A DNA stretch of 64,000 bases from an uncultured Verrucomicrobiae bacterium (GTDB taxonomy: Bacteria > Verrucomicrobiota > Verrucomicrobiia > Chthoniobacterales > JAFAMB01): positions 928,001-992,000 of the forward strand of contig CAWIPH010000002.1 in assembly GCA_963837955.1 (NCBI GenBank). Direction: 5' to 3'. Shown piece by piece: positions 1 through 9,600 of the stretch. Each line of letters opens with the position of its first letter. Positions within the stretch are counted from its first letter, which is position 1. Below the pieces are notes generated by a model. It saw nothing but the letters and a program-made list of their open reading frames with translations. It searched no databases and was not told the origin of the DNA. Made by a program: the position numbers and the translations under genes.

Positions 1-120
1 GCCCGGCCCCATATCAAAATCCGAGCCTAACAGTGTTTCGCCGAAAATAGGCATGCGGTCGGTGCGCAGCGTCATGCCGACTGCGAAACTGCCCACTACG
101 CTAACTATCCGAGAGCTCAT
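1..120 (-). CDS. Ribokinase/PfkB-family carbohydrate kinase, 5' part (truncated by window edge)
   Basis: Manual translation from ATG at 120 gives MSSRIVSVVGSFAVGMTLRTDRMPIFGETLLGSDFDMGPG, matching the RbsK N-terminus (VVGS...P..GET.......PGGKG). It starts 8 nt after the ABC ATPase stop. Confidence 0.85.
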   Translation of the reverse strand, partial: MSSRIVSVVGSFAVGMTLRTDRMPIFGETLLGSDFDMGPG

Positions 121-128
121 AATTGGGA

Positions 129-1646
129 CTAATGTGAATTAGCAAGATGGTTACCCATGGCGCTGGCAAGGATCCGTTCTTGGGTCGCCTCTGACCGATT
201 GAACTCGCCGGTGATCCGGCCGGCGTGCATCGCGAGAATGCGGTCACATTGACCGATCAACTCCGGCAATTCCGAAGAGACTATCAGAATCGAAACACCA
301 GTGGCGGCGAGGCTACCGAGAATCGCGTAGATCTCGGCCTTGGCGCCGACATCGATCCCCCGGGTTGGCTCGTGTAATAGCAGCAGCCGTGGTTGCCGGG
401 CCAGTCCCCGAGCGAGAATTACCTTTTGCTGGTTGCCTCCACTTAAGGTGCCGGCTCGTTGTTTTTCTGAGTGAGCACGGATGCTCAACTGCCGAAGGTA
501 ATTTTTCGCGAGTGCGAGCATGCGTTTCTTTGAAAGAACCCCCAGTGAACTAACCAACGGCAGATTGGCAGCCACGATGTTATCGGCAATAGAGAGAATC
601 GAAAAAAGGCCGGAGCCGCGCCGATCGGCCGGTATGACGGCGATTCCAAGACCAATTGCCTCCTCCGGGGAACCTAAGTTCGCTGGCTTATCCTCGATCC
701 AAACCTGTCCCGAAAAGCGCCGGAGACCACTGAGGCATTCGACTACCTCTTCTTTACCGGAGCCAGGCAACCCAGCCAGACCAAGCATTTCCCCTTGACG
801 CACCTCGAAGCTTACGTTCCGGAGAAGGCTTGGTTCGGTGAGCTTGCGAACAACCAAAACCGGCTTCGTACTGGGATGACCCGGCACCTCGCGGCTAAAC
901 AGATGGTTCACTTCTCGTCCCACCATTTTCCGGATAATTTCCGGGACGGTGAAGCAGTCGGCAGGTCGTGAGTCAACGACCTCGCCGTCACGCATGACCG
1001 TGAGCCGGTCGGCCAGTTCTAACACTTCTTCCAGCCGGTGAGAAATATAGACGATACCCACTTGCTGTTGTCGGAGTTGGTTGATCACGCGGAAGAGGTA
1101 TTTCGATTCTTCGAACGTCAGCGCAGAGTTCGGCTCATCGAGAATCAGGACGCGAACATTGGTGGCGAGGGCTTTAGCGATCTCGATCAGTTGTTGCTGA
1201 GCGAGCGTCAGTTTACAGACCGGCACGGTGGGATCAATTCCGGTCAACCCAATTCTTTCGAGGTCGCGGCCGGCTTCGGAACGGAGGCGGGCCCGATTCA
1301 GCGGAGCAAACAGAGGAGCTGTGGCCGCACGATGAAGCGAAATATTCTCGGCGGCCGAGAGGTTCGGACAAAGGGCGAGCTCCTGGTAGACGACGCTAAT
1401 CCCAAGCTGTTGAGCGTGGTGAGGGTTTCGAATCCGAATTTCTTTACCGCGATAGAAAATCTCGCCGGCGTCCGGTTGCAGTTCGCCGGCGAGTAGGTTG
1501 ATTAACGTGCTTTTACCCGCACCGTTCTCGCCGACCAAGGCGTGAACTTCGCCAACCCGGATGTCGAAGTCGACTTGATTGAGCGCAACAGTGCTCGAAA
1601 AACGCTTGGTTAGCGCTCGAACGGCGATGATCGGTTCGCTACTCAC
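129..1646 (-). CDS. Sugar ABC transporter ATP-binding protein (RbsA/MglA type, two ABC domains)
   Basis: Walker A GENGAGKST, LILDEP, YISHRL, second domain LSGGNQQKV and EPTRGIDVGAK. Confidence 0.95.
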   Translation of the reverse strand: MSSEPIIAVRALTKRFSSTVALNQVDFDIRVGEVHALVGENGAGKSTLINLLAGELQPDAGEIFYRGKEIRIRNPHHAQQLGISVVYQELALCPNLSAAENISLHRAATAPLFAPLNRARLRSEAGRDLERIGLTGIDPTVPVCKLTLAQQQLIEIAKALATNVRVLILDEPNSALTFEESKYLFRVINQLRQQQVGIVYISHRLEEVLELADRLTVMRDGEVVDSRPADCFTVPEIIRKMVGREVNHLFSREVPGHPSTKPVLVVRKLTEPSLLRNVSFEVRQGEMLGLAGLPGSGKEEVVECLSGLRRFSGQVWIEDKPANLGSPEEAIGLGIAVIPADRRGSGLFSILSIADNIVAANLPLVSSLGVLSKKRMLALAKNYLRQLSIRAHSEKQRAGTLSGGNQQKVILARGLARQPRLLLLHEPTRGIDVGAKAEIYAILGSLAATGVSILIVSSELPELIGQCDRILAMHAGRITGEFNRSEATQERILASAMGNHLANSH

Positions 1647-1683
1647 AGGCCAGATCTACCAGGTTCTTGTCCGAGACAAAATC

Positions 1684-2691
1684 CTACGACCCTTGCTTAC
1701 TCGCGATCAGATAGTCGCCGATGTTCTTGGCATCGTAGACGACCGCGCCGGTATCGACGCTTTTGACTTGTTTGCCTTTGAGTACATCGAGCAACAGGCG
1801 GACCGCTTCATAGCTCTGCTTTTCCGGCCCTTGGTCAATCGTGGCGGAAATGATATTTCCCTGCACGAGCTTGATCGTTTCGGGAAGCATGTCGAAGCCG
1901 ACGATCTTCACTTTTCCAGTTAATCCGTTTCGTTGGACGTAATTGCCGGCCGCCGGGGTTGAGCAGCATTCCAGCGACAGAATTCCGTTCACGTCGGGAT
2001 GCGCGAGCATGGCATTTTCCACTGAAGAATAGATTTGCTGGGGTTCCGTGCTGGTGTTGATGGTGGCAAGGACTTTAATGCCAGGATATTTGGCCAGCGC
2101 TTCGCGCGCTCCCTTCTCCCGGTCGAGCGACCATTGGGCCGCGGCATCCAATGTGGTGATGAGAACGTTACCTTTTCCGCCGAGGGTTTCCGCCAACAAT
2201 TTTCCGGCGATCCGACCCGATTCCACCAGATCCTGGCCCGCGAACGCTAGCCGTTTGCTGGTGGGATTGTCGGTGTTGTAAGTAACGACCGGGATGCCTT
2301 GGGCCAAAGCACGATTAATCACTGGGGCGAGCGCATCCGTGCTTACTGACGAGATGGCTAATCCGTCGACTCCTTTTTGAATCAGGCTTTCGATTTCGGC
2401 AACCTGCTTCTCGGCGTCAGCACCGACCGGGCCGACCATCTTGACGTCGGCTTTGAAATCGGTTGCTGCCTTTTCGACCCCTTTCTTTATGAAAGGAGCG
2501 AACTCGTTCGAGACATCATGGTAGGAGACGCGGATCACGGGGCTTGAATCCTTCGTGATCCGATCCTTGATTGCGCTCGATAGCGTGAACGCACTGCTCT
2601 CTTCCGCCCGCACCTGGGCGGTCACGGCAACGCTAAATAGTGGCAACAGCAGCCACCTGCCAATTTGGTATTTTCTGATTTTGATGTTCAT
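1684..2691 (-). CDS. Sugar ABC transporter periplasmic binding protein (RbsB/LacI-like fold)
   Basis: Signal peptide, then KGVDGLAIS, GIPVVTYN, VGFD and ATIDQGP motifs; operon context. Confidence 0.93.
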   Translation of the reverse strand: MNIKIRKYQIGRWLLLPLFSVAVTAQVRAEESSAFTLSSAIKDRITKDSSPVIRVSYHDVSNEFAPFIKKGVEKAATDFKADVKMVGPVGADAEKQVAEIESLIQKGVDGLAISSVSTDALAPVINRALAQGIPVVTYNTDNPTSKRLAFAGQDLVESGRIAGKLLAETLGGKGNVLITTLDAAAQWSLDREKGAREALAKYPGIKVLATINTSTEPQQIYSSVENAMLAHPDVNGILSLECCSTPAAGNYVQRNGLTGKVKIVGFDMLPETIKLVQGNIISATIDQGPEKQSYEAVRLLLDVLKGKQVKSVDTGAVVYDAKNIGDYLIASKQGS

Positions 2692-2706
2692 AGGGGGAGA
2701 TTGTCT

Positions 2707-3726
2707 TCATTTCAGGCGCCTGCTTTCGGTCCACTTATCGAGGGCCACGGCGAAGATAATGACCAAGCCGATAACAGTGGTTTGCCAGAACGGGGAGATG
2801 CCCAGAAGGATCAGTCCGTTCCGGAGGACGCCGATGATAAGGACTCCAAGGACCGTCCCGAGGATAGTGCCTTCGCCGCCCGACAGGGATGATCCTCCGA
2901 CGATGGCGGCGGCAATTACGTCAAGCTCAAGGCCGACGCCGGTTCGCCCGGCCTGACCGCTCGGCAAAAAAGCGAGACTCAAAATTCCGGCGAATCCGCT
3001 CAGCAGCCCGATCAAAATGAAAGCCAGAATCTTAGTGTGGAACACCTGGATCCCGGACAGCCGAGCGGCTTTTTCGCTGCCACCAACAGCGTAAACTCGA
3101 AACCCGAAAACGGTGCGGGAAAGCAGCCACCAGGCCGCGATCGCGACCGAAATGAAGATCACTAGTAGCATAGGAACGATATTGAAGAGGTGCCCTTGCC
3201 CGAGGAAATAAAACTGGTCGATTACATCGGGACGACCGCCCTGACTGGTATTGACCGTGACCGGTTGTCCGTCCGTCATGAGCAATGCGCCTCCGCGGAC
3301 GACGCTGAGCATGCCGAGCGTGGCTATAAACGAAGGGAGTTTGCCATAGGTGGAGAGCAATCCATTCACAAATCCGATTGCCGCTCCGATCATGAGCCCG
3401 ACCATCAGCGCTGGCACCAACAGCCAGCCCTTCACTAATAAGATCCCAGTGGTTAATCCCGAAAACGCGTAAATCGACCCAACCGATAAGTCGACCTCTC
3501 TCGTGATCAGCACAAAAGTCATCCCGATCGCCATGACGCCGAGCAGCGAGATTTGACGACCAATGTTAAGCAAGTTTCTCAGTGCGAGAAACCCGGTCGT
3601 GGAGAATGACAAGAGTACACAGATGATCAGCAGCGCCAGTAGGATACCGGTCTCACGTGCAGCAAACGTCGCGAAGAATCGGCGGGCCAAACCGTGTCGA
3701 GCACGATTGATTGCGGTTTGTTCCAT
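2707..3726 (-). CDS. Sugar ABC transporter permease (RbsC type)
   Basis: Hydrophobic protein with DLSVGS, PSFIATLG, VYAVGGSEKAARLSGI and ELDVIAAAIVGG. Confidence 0.95.
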   Translation of the reverse strand: MEQTAINRARHGLARRFFATFAARETGILLALLIICVLLSFSTTGFLALRNLLNIGRQISLLGVMAIGMTFVLITREVDLSVGSIYAFSGLTTGILLVKGWLLVPALMVGLMIGAAIGFVNGLLSTYGKLPSFIATLGMLSVVRGGALLMTDGQPVTVNTSQGGRPDVIDQFYFLGQGHLFNIVPMLLVIFISVAIAAWWLLSRTVFGFRVYAVGGSEKAARLSGIQVFHTKILAFILIGLLSGFAGILSLAFLPSGQAGRTGVGLELDVIAAAIVGGSSLSGGEGTILGTVLGVLIIGVLRNGLILLGISPFWQTTVIGLVIIFAVALDKWTESRRLK

Positions 3727-3748
3727 AATCTGAAAGCCAGCAACGGTC

Positions 3749-5074
3749 TTATACGTCGTTCGCTATCTGCTTACCTTTCTCGATGAGAGCTTGGGCTCGC
3801 TCGGTGATCGCCACCTTTTCTTCGGGGCGCGCCGATTGAATCATCTTTTGCACCAGCTCCTCGCAACGCTTTCGAACCTGTTCCGGCGGCGGTATTCTTC
3901 CGGGATTGGCTTCATGCAACGCTTTCAACCAGCGGTTCCCGTAGGTGGCGTGGATGGTTTCATCGGCCCAGTCGAAATCCATGTCGTGTTCGCTAGCTTC
4001 GTCCCCGATCTGTCGGAAGGCGGCGGTGCGCTCCGGCTTGCGCCCGATGTTTTTCGTTTCAAAGAAATAAAGCATGCCGAGTCGATAAATCGGATCTTCG
4101 CCATTCGCGCTTTCATAAATGTATGAGCCGAGCGGAACGTCAGAACAGTCGAAGCCCCAAGCGTCCAAGCGTTCCTTGCCCATCCGGCAATGACGCGCCT
4201 CGTCGTAAGTCCATCGGGCGGCTTCGTGTATCCATTCCCAAGGCAGATCTTCGGCGAATTCACTCAGGATGATCCCGCCTGTTTCGACTGCCCAGACTTC
4301 ATTGAGATGACTGACCGCCGAACGAAGCTGTAGTAACAGTCCTTCGCCATAAGGGAATTTTGCATCGACCACATCCGGCCAGTAGAAACGACACGGCCAA
4401 TAACGAGGATCTCGGGCGGGCTTATCGGGAATCGTCATAGGCCGCGAACCCTCCGGCAGCGCCACTTCGAGGCTGGGCGGAGCTTCGTCGGTGCCAACGC
4501 CGCCGAGTTCTTCCAACAGGTTAGCCAAGGAGCTCACCCAACGTTCGGCGGCCTCTCGCTCACTCGGACTTCGCTGAAGCTCGTCTGTTGCCCATTGGGC
4601 GATGGTGTTGATCTGCTTTTGCTTTTCTGCCAGCCCCAATTCCAAGAACCGGTAAGTTGGAGCATCGGCTAACGGATCTGAATGACGCAAAAATTCTTCA
4701 TATGCGTCCCGTAATGCGGGGAGCGTTACTCGGGCGAGTCCACCGAGAAAGGCGCTCGCGGAGGGTGCTTGGAGCAGAAAAGCGAACGCGGTGGCGAGCG
4801 GGCGATCAGCCCCTTGTTCTTCCAATAGCCGGCTCGGGAATCGGAGTTCAAACACGCGATCTCTCAGATCATTGGCTGTCTCGGCATTCTGCCAACTGAA
4901 GTACGGTAGCGTCGTCTTAATTTCGAGCCGCTGGATATGCGGTAACCAGGCTGAACAGCTGATTATCAGCGAGCGCTCGCAAAAATAGAATCGTTTAAGA
5001 ATTTGCGCGGTATCGAGGCGCTTCCATCTCGCTCGGGGTTGATCGGCCTTAAGATAGGTATCTGGAAGACTCAT
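3749..5074 (-). CDS. Two-domain ferritin-like (DUF455-type) di-iron protein
   Basis: C-terminal half has the E / ExxH / E / ExxH pattern: HLNEVWAVE, DEARH, FFETKN, DETIH...YGNRW. The N-terminal half looks like a degenerate second helical bundle. Confidence 0.75.
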   Translation of the reverse strand: MSLPDTYLKADQPRARWKRLDTAQILKRFYFCERSLIISCSAWLPHIQRLEIKTTLPYFSWQNAETANDLRDRVFELRFPSRLLEEQGADRPLATAFAFLLQAPSASAFLGGLARVTLPALRDAYEEFLRHSDPLADAPTYRFLELGLAEKQKQINTIAQWATDELQRSPSEREAAERWVSSLANLLEELGGVGTDEAPPSLEVALPEGSRPMTIPDKPARDPRYWPCRFYWPDVVDAKFPYGEGLLLQLRSAVSHLNEVWAVETGGIILSEFAEDLPWEWIHEAARWTYDEARHCRMGKERLDAWGFDCSDVPLGSYIYESANGEDPIYRLGMLYFFETKNIGRKPERTAAFRQIGDEASEHDMDFDWADETIHATYGNRWLKALHEANPGRIPPPEQVRKRCEELVQKMIQSARPEEKVAITERAQALIEKGKQIANDV

Positions 5075-5138
5075 GGGTTGAGCGGGGGAGCCAAATCGAA
5101 AACTAAGCTGACCATATCTTTGCTTTTTCTCGGAGAGA

Positions 5139-6059
5139 ATGCAGGATTATCTGCGAGACATGGAGGATCCTATCATGCGATCAGCTCGGCCAGAGACTGA
5201 GTTTCTTGTTTCGTGTTATCACACGCCTTCCGAAGCGGTCCGGCGTATTTTCAACGTTGTCCTCCGGGCCGGCCACTTGCGGGCTGCGTCGGACTATCGG
5301 ATTGAGCGACGTCATTTACCCGGTCACGATCTTCTGTTTTGCCTTGCTGGAAACGGATTCATCTTGAGTGCCAACCGGCGCTACCAGGTAAGACCAGACG
5401 AGCTCGCTTGGATCTCGGGATATCATCCCCATGCGCATTGGGCAAACCCTCAGGCCCCTTGGGAACTTCTCTGGATGAGAATTGACGGAAGTCAGCTGGA
5501 ACAAACCTGGAACATTCTATCCGGCGATCGGGCCCCGGTTTTTTCCGGACTGAACCGGGAACGAATCGTCGCGCCCTTCCTGCGGATCCTTGGACTGATG
5601 ACGCAGAGGCCCCTCGCGATCGATGCCCTCTTGAACGCGCAGGTCGCGGAGATTCTTTCCCAATTGTTTGAGGCCAGGCAGGCAGAAACGGCTGAATCGC
5701 TACGCCGTCTGCCCATGGTTTCTCCTGAATTGAAGACCGCTCTGACGAAAATGGCTTTGTATCCTGATCGTCCGTGGAGAGTGGCCGACCTTGCGCAATT
5801 GAGTGGGTTGAGCGAGCCCCATTTCTATCGAAGGTTCAAGCTCGTGACCGGATCGTCGCCGATTGATTGGTTAAGGCGAGAACGGATCAATCACGCAAGG
5901 CGACGTCTGCTCGAGAGTACCGATTCAATCAAACAGATCTCAGAACAAGTCGGGTACAATGATCCATTTTTCTTTAGCCGCGATTTTAAGCGCTACACCG
6001 GCGTATCGCCGTCGGAGTATCGGAGACAACAGCTGGCGGTGCGGGCGTCGCCCGTATGA
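5139..6059 (+). CDS. AraC-family transcriptional regulator
   Basis: N-terminal cupin-like ligand domain (HDLLFC..G.G, HPHAHW) and C-terminal double HTH (LAQLSGLSEPHFYRRFK; QVGYNDPFFFSRDFKRYTGVSPSEYR); divergent from the sugar operon. Confidence 0.95.
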   Translation: MQDYLRDMEDPIMRSARPETEFLVSCYHTPSEAVRRIFNVVLRAGHLRAASDYRIERRHLPGHDLLFCLAGNGFILSANRRYQVRPDELAWISGYHPHAHWANPQAPWELLWMRIDGSQLEQTWNILSGDRAPVFSGLNRERIVAPFLRILGLMTQRPLAIDALLNAQVAEILSQLFEARQAETAESLRRLPMVSPELKTALTKMALYPDRPWRVADLAQLSGLSEPHFYRRFKLVTGSSPIDWLRRERINHARRRLLESTDSIKQISEQVGYNDPFFFSRDFKRYTGVSPSEYRRQQLAVRASPV

Positions 6060-6090
6060 CAAATAGCAAATGACAGATGACAAATGACAG
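6056..6090. repeat. Heptamer tandem repeat (ATGACA[A/G]) x5
   Basis: atgacaa atagcaa atgacag atgacaa atgacag. Confidence 0.85.
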
Positions 6091-6113
6091 ATTGGGCGGC
6101 TTCGCCAACGATG

Positions 6114-6314
6114 GGTAGGGCGAAAACCTCGGCGCGCTGGAAACGTTGCCATGTTTGCTGGGTGGTCCGCGCCGGGTTTGAGCCGTTGTTGGAATGGCCC
6201 CTGATGCGTCTTTTCTTGCATGGGTGATGAGTCTTTGGCCGTCGACAGCACCTTGGCAAAGCCACAACGGCTCAAGCCGATCCCGCTGAGACGGTATCAG
6301 GCTTTCGCCCTACC
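6114..6314 (-). repeat. GTAG REP/REPIN-like ~200-bp element, family A, reversed relative to the copies at 45647 and 45874
   Basis: Termini GGTAGGGCGAAA...TTTCGCCCTACC; interior is the reverse complement of 45874-46074 with scattered mismatches. Confidence 0.9.
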
Positions 6315-6321
6315 GACCATT

Positions 6322-6581
6322 GGTAGGGCGAAAGCCCGACTCCGCAAAGCCTTCGTCGCGGCCAACTCTATGGCGTTCCTAGGCCCACTGCAGGGCACGC
6401 CGTAGTCTGCGAAGGCGGCCTGGAGCGGTCTCAGCCGCGCCGGCTTGAGCCATTCGTGCCTGATCGTGTGCTTTCAGAACCCCATCGCTCGGCAAGATCG
6501 ATCCTTGGGCGTGGCTCAAACCCGGCGCGTGAGCCATAGCCATCAAAACGTTTTTCACCGCGCCGAGGTTTTCGCCCTACC
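6322..6581 (+). repeat. GTAG REP/REPIN-like element, family A, with an insertion in the left arm
   Basis: GGTAGGGCGAAAGCC...TCAGCCGCGCCGGCTTGAGCC...GGCTCAAACCCGGCGCG...CGCGCCGAGGTTTTCGCCCTACC. Confidence 0.85.
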
Positions 6582-6624
6582 GTGATGGGCGATCGCTGAA
6601 ACATGCATCCTGCAATTTGCCCGT

Positions 6625-9600
6625 CTACGCCGCCGATCGAGAGCGCCGATTCTTGACACCTAAAACCCGGGCTAGAAACGGCGCGGTCCGACTCACCCGG
6701 TTCAGGGATACCTGTTCGGGAGTACCCGTCGCCACAATGGCGCCTCCCTCCGATCCGGCCTCGGGCCCAATGTCCACGATGTAATCGGCTTCGGCGATTA
6801 CATCTAAGTTGTGCTCGATCACCACCACGGTGTTACCCTCGTCCACCAGCCGGTGCAGTACTTCTAAAAGTAGCTGAACGTCGGCCATGTGTAGACCAAT
6901 GGTGGGCTCTTCCAATAGGTAGAGTGTTGATTTCGGTTTTCGATTTTTCCGGATTCGCTCGTGAAGGTCTCTGGCCAAGCCGGCCTTGAGCTCACTGACG
7001 AGTTTCAATCTTTGCGCTTCGCCTCCGCTCAACGTTGGGCTCGGCTGCCCAAGCTGCAGGTATCCGAGACCGGTTTCGACAAGGAGACGGAGCGGATGAT
7101 AAATCCTTGGTTGGACGCGGAAGAATTCAGCAGCTTCCTCGATCGTCATCTCCAGAATGTCGCCGATACTTCGCCCATTAAATTGAATGGCCAGAGTCTG
7201 CCCATTGAACCGTTTTCCCCGGCAGCTATCACACAGCACGTAACTCGTAGGGAGAAAATTCATCTCGAGTTTCACCAACCCCTGTCCAGCACAGACTTCG
7301 CACCTGCCGCCCTCCGTATTGAACGAAAAACGGCTCGCGTCGTATCCGCGGATACGCGACTCGGGCAACTGAGCGAATTGCTTCCGGATGTCATCGAATA
7401 TCTTTACATAGGTCGCCGGAATCGAACGTGAGGTTTTGCCGATCGGTGATTGGTCGACTTCATAGACGGCCGACAGGAACTCTGTGCCGGTAATCTTTTT
7501 CCAGTCACCCGATCCATTCGTCTTTTTTCGTGCCCACGACTGCTGGACAGCCGGCAGCAAAACGGATCGCATCAAGGTGCTTTTCCCTGACCCGGATACC
7601 CCAGTGATTGCGGTGAGGCGCCCTATGGGAAATGAAACGTCTATATCTTTGAGGTTATTTGCGCGGGCTCCCTTGATCTCGATCCAAGGGACGTGGACGA
7701 TCGGCCGGCGAGTTCTCGATGGATGCGGCATGGGAGTACGGAGGAACCGCCCGGTTACAGAATCGCCGTGGCGTTGTAGTTCCTCGATCGGACCGCAAGC
7801 GATCACATTGCCGCCATGCCGTCCGGCTCCCGGCCCGAGATCGACGATCAGGTCCGCGCGGCGCATGGTATCCTCGTCATGTTCTACGACCACCAAGGTG
7901 TTCCCTTTGCGTTTGAGTGCGTCGAGGGTTTCGAGTAATCGAAGGTTATCTCTTGGATGCAAACCGATCGTCGGCTCATCCAAGACATAGAGAACGCCGC
8001 GAAGATTTGACCCGAGTTGAGCAGCCAAACGGATACGTTGAGATTCGCCGCCGCTCAAGGTATTGGCAGCTCGATTGAGTGCCAAATATTCCAGCCCAAC
8101 CCGTCGCATAAAGAAAAGCCGCTGCTTGATCTCGCTCAAAATCGTATCGGCGATCGCTTTTTGTGAGCCGGAGAATTTGAATCGGGCGAGCTTTTCCAGG
8201 GCCTGTTTCACCGAATAACCGGATAGCTCTACCAAGGTTTGGCCGCGGACTCGGACTGCGCGGGCCACTTCATTCAAACGTGAGCCGTTGCATTTTAAGC
8301 AGGGTTGCTTCTCTGCTTCCTCGACCCAATCACTCCGCCGCTCGGCGCTGAGCTCTGCTTCTAGTACCGATTCGGCTCGCGAATCCTCGTCGGAAAATGG
8401 CAGGATGTAACCGAATCCATGACAATGGTCGCACCAGCCGTGCGGCGAATTGAAAGAGAAGAGTCGCGGATCCAATTCCTCGAACGCGGTACCACAAGAG
8501 GGGCAGGTCATTTCACTGCTCAAAACAGTCCGCGCGCCTTTCTTGGTCGCCAAGAAAGCTGATCCGTTTCCGACCCGTAGAGCGGTCTGAACCAATTGGG
8601 CGATTTGCGGTGCGTCAGTTTTCCGTAAATCGCCAATCACCACCTCAATGGAATGCTCCCGGAATCGTTCGAGTTTTGGGAAATCAGCAACGGCATATCG
8701 TTGCTGGTCAACGATCAGGTGCGCGTAACCTTCTCGACCCGCCCACGCTGCTACTTCCTTATGAAAGCCCTTTCTTGCTTTCACGATTGGAGCCAACAGA
8801 GAAACTGGACCCTGTTCCAGACGCTCCTTTACTTGCTTGCTAATGGCCGATTGACTTTGTTTGGTTACTGCCACGTCACATTTCGGGCAGTATTGGGTGC
8901 CGAGCTTGGCAAACAGGAGACGAAGGAAGTGGTAAACTTCCGTGACCGTGGCGACGGTGGATTTCCCTCCGCCCGAGGTTAACCGCTGCTCTATCGCCAC
9001 GCTGGGTGGCAATCCCTCCACATGATCGACATCCGGCCGTTCCATCTGCTCGACGAACTGTCGGGCGTAGGTCGACATGCTATCGAGAAAACGGCGTTGG
9101 CCCTCCGCAAAGAGAATATCGAAGGCGAGACTCGACTTACCGGAGCCGCTGAGCCCTGTGATCACAATAATTTGTTCGTGGGGCAGCTCAATCGACAAGT
9201 TCTTTAGATTGTGATGTCGGGCTCCGACTACCGATATTCCTTGCTGCGGGATGATCGCTCGCTTTTCGGCAATTCTGCTTGGGGCTGCGCCTTGCGGACG
9301 CTCGGCCAATCGTTCGCCCAAAAACGCGCCGGTATGGGAGCCTTTGACTTGGGCCACCTGTTCTGGTGTACCCTCCGCTACGAGTTCGCCTCCGTTTACC
9401 CCCGCCTCCGGACCCAGATCGATCACGTAATCGGCCGCCTGGATGACTTCAAGATTATGTTCGATCACCAGCACGCTGTTGCCGCGTTCGACCAATTGGT
9501 TGAAGACGGCGAGAAGGGGCGGAATGTCATCGAAGTGCAATCCGGAGGTCGGTTCATCGAAAATCAAGAGCGCTTGTCGCTCGCCTCGATTGTTCTCGGT

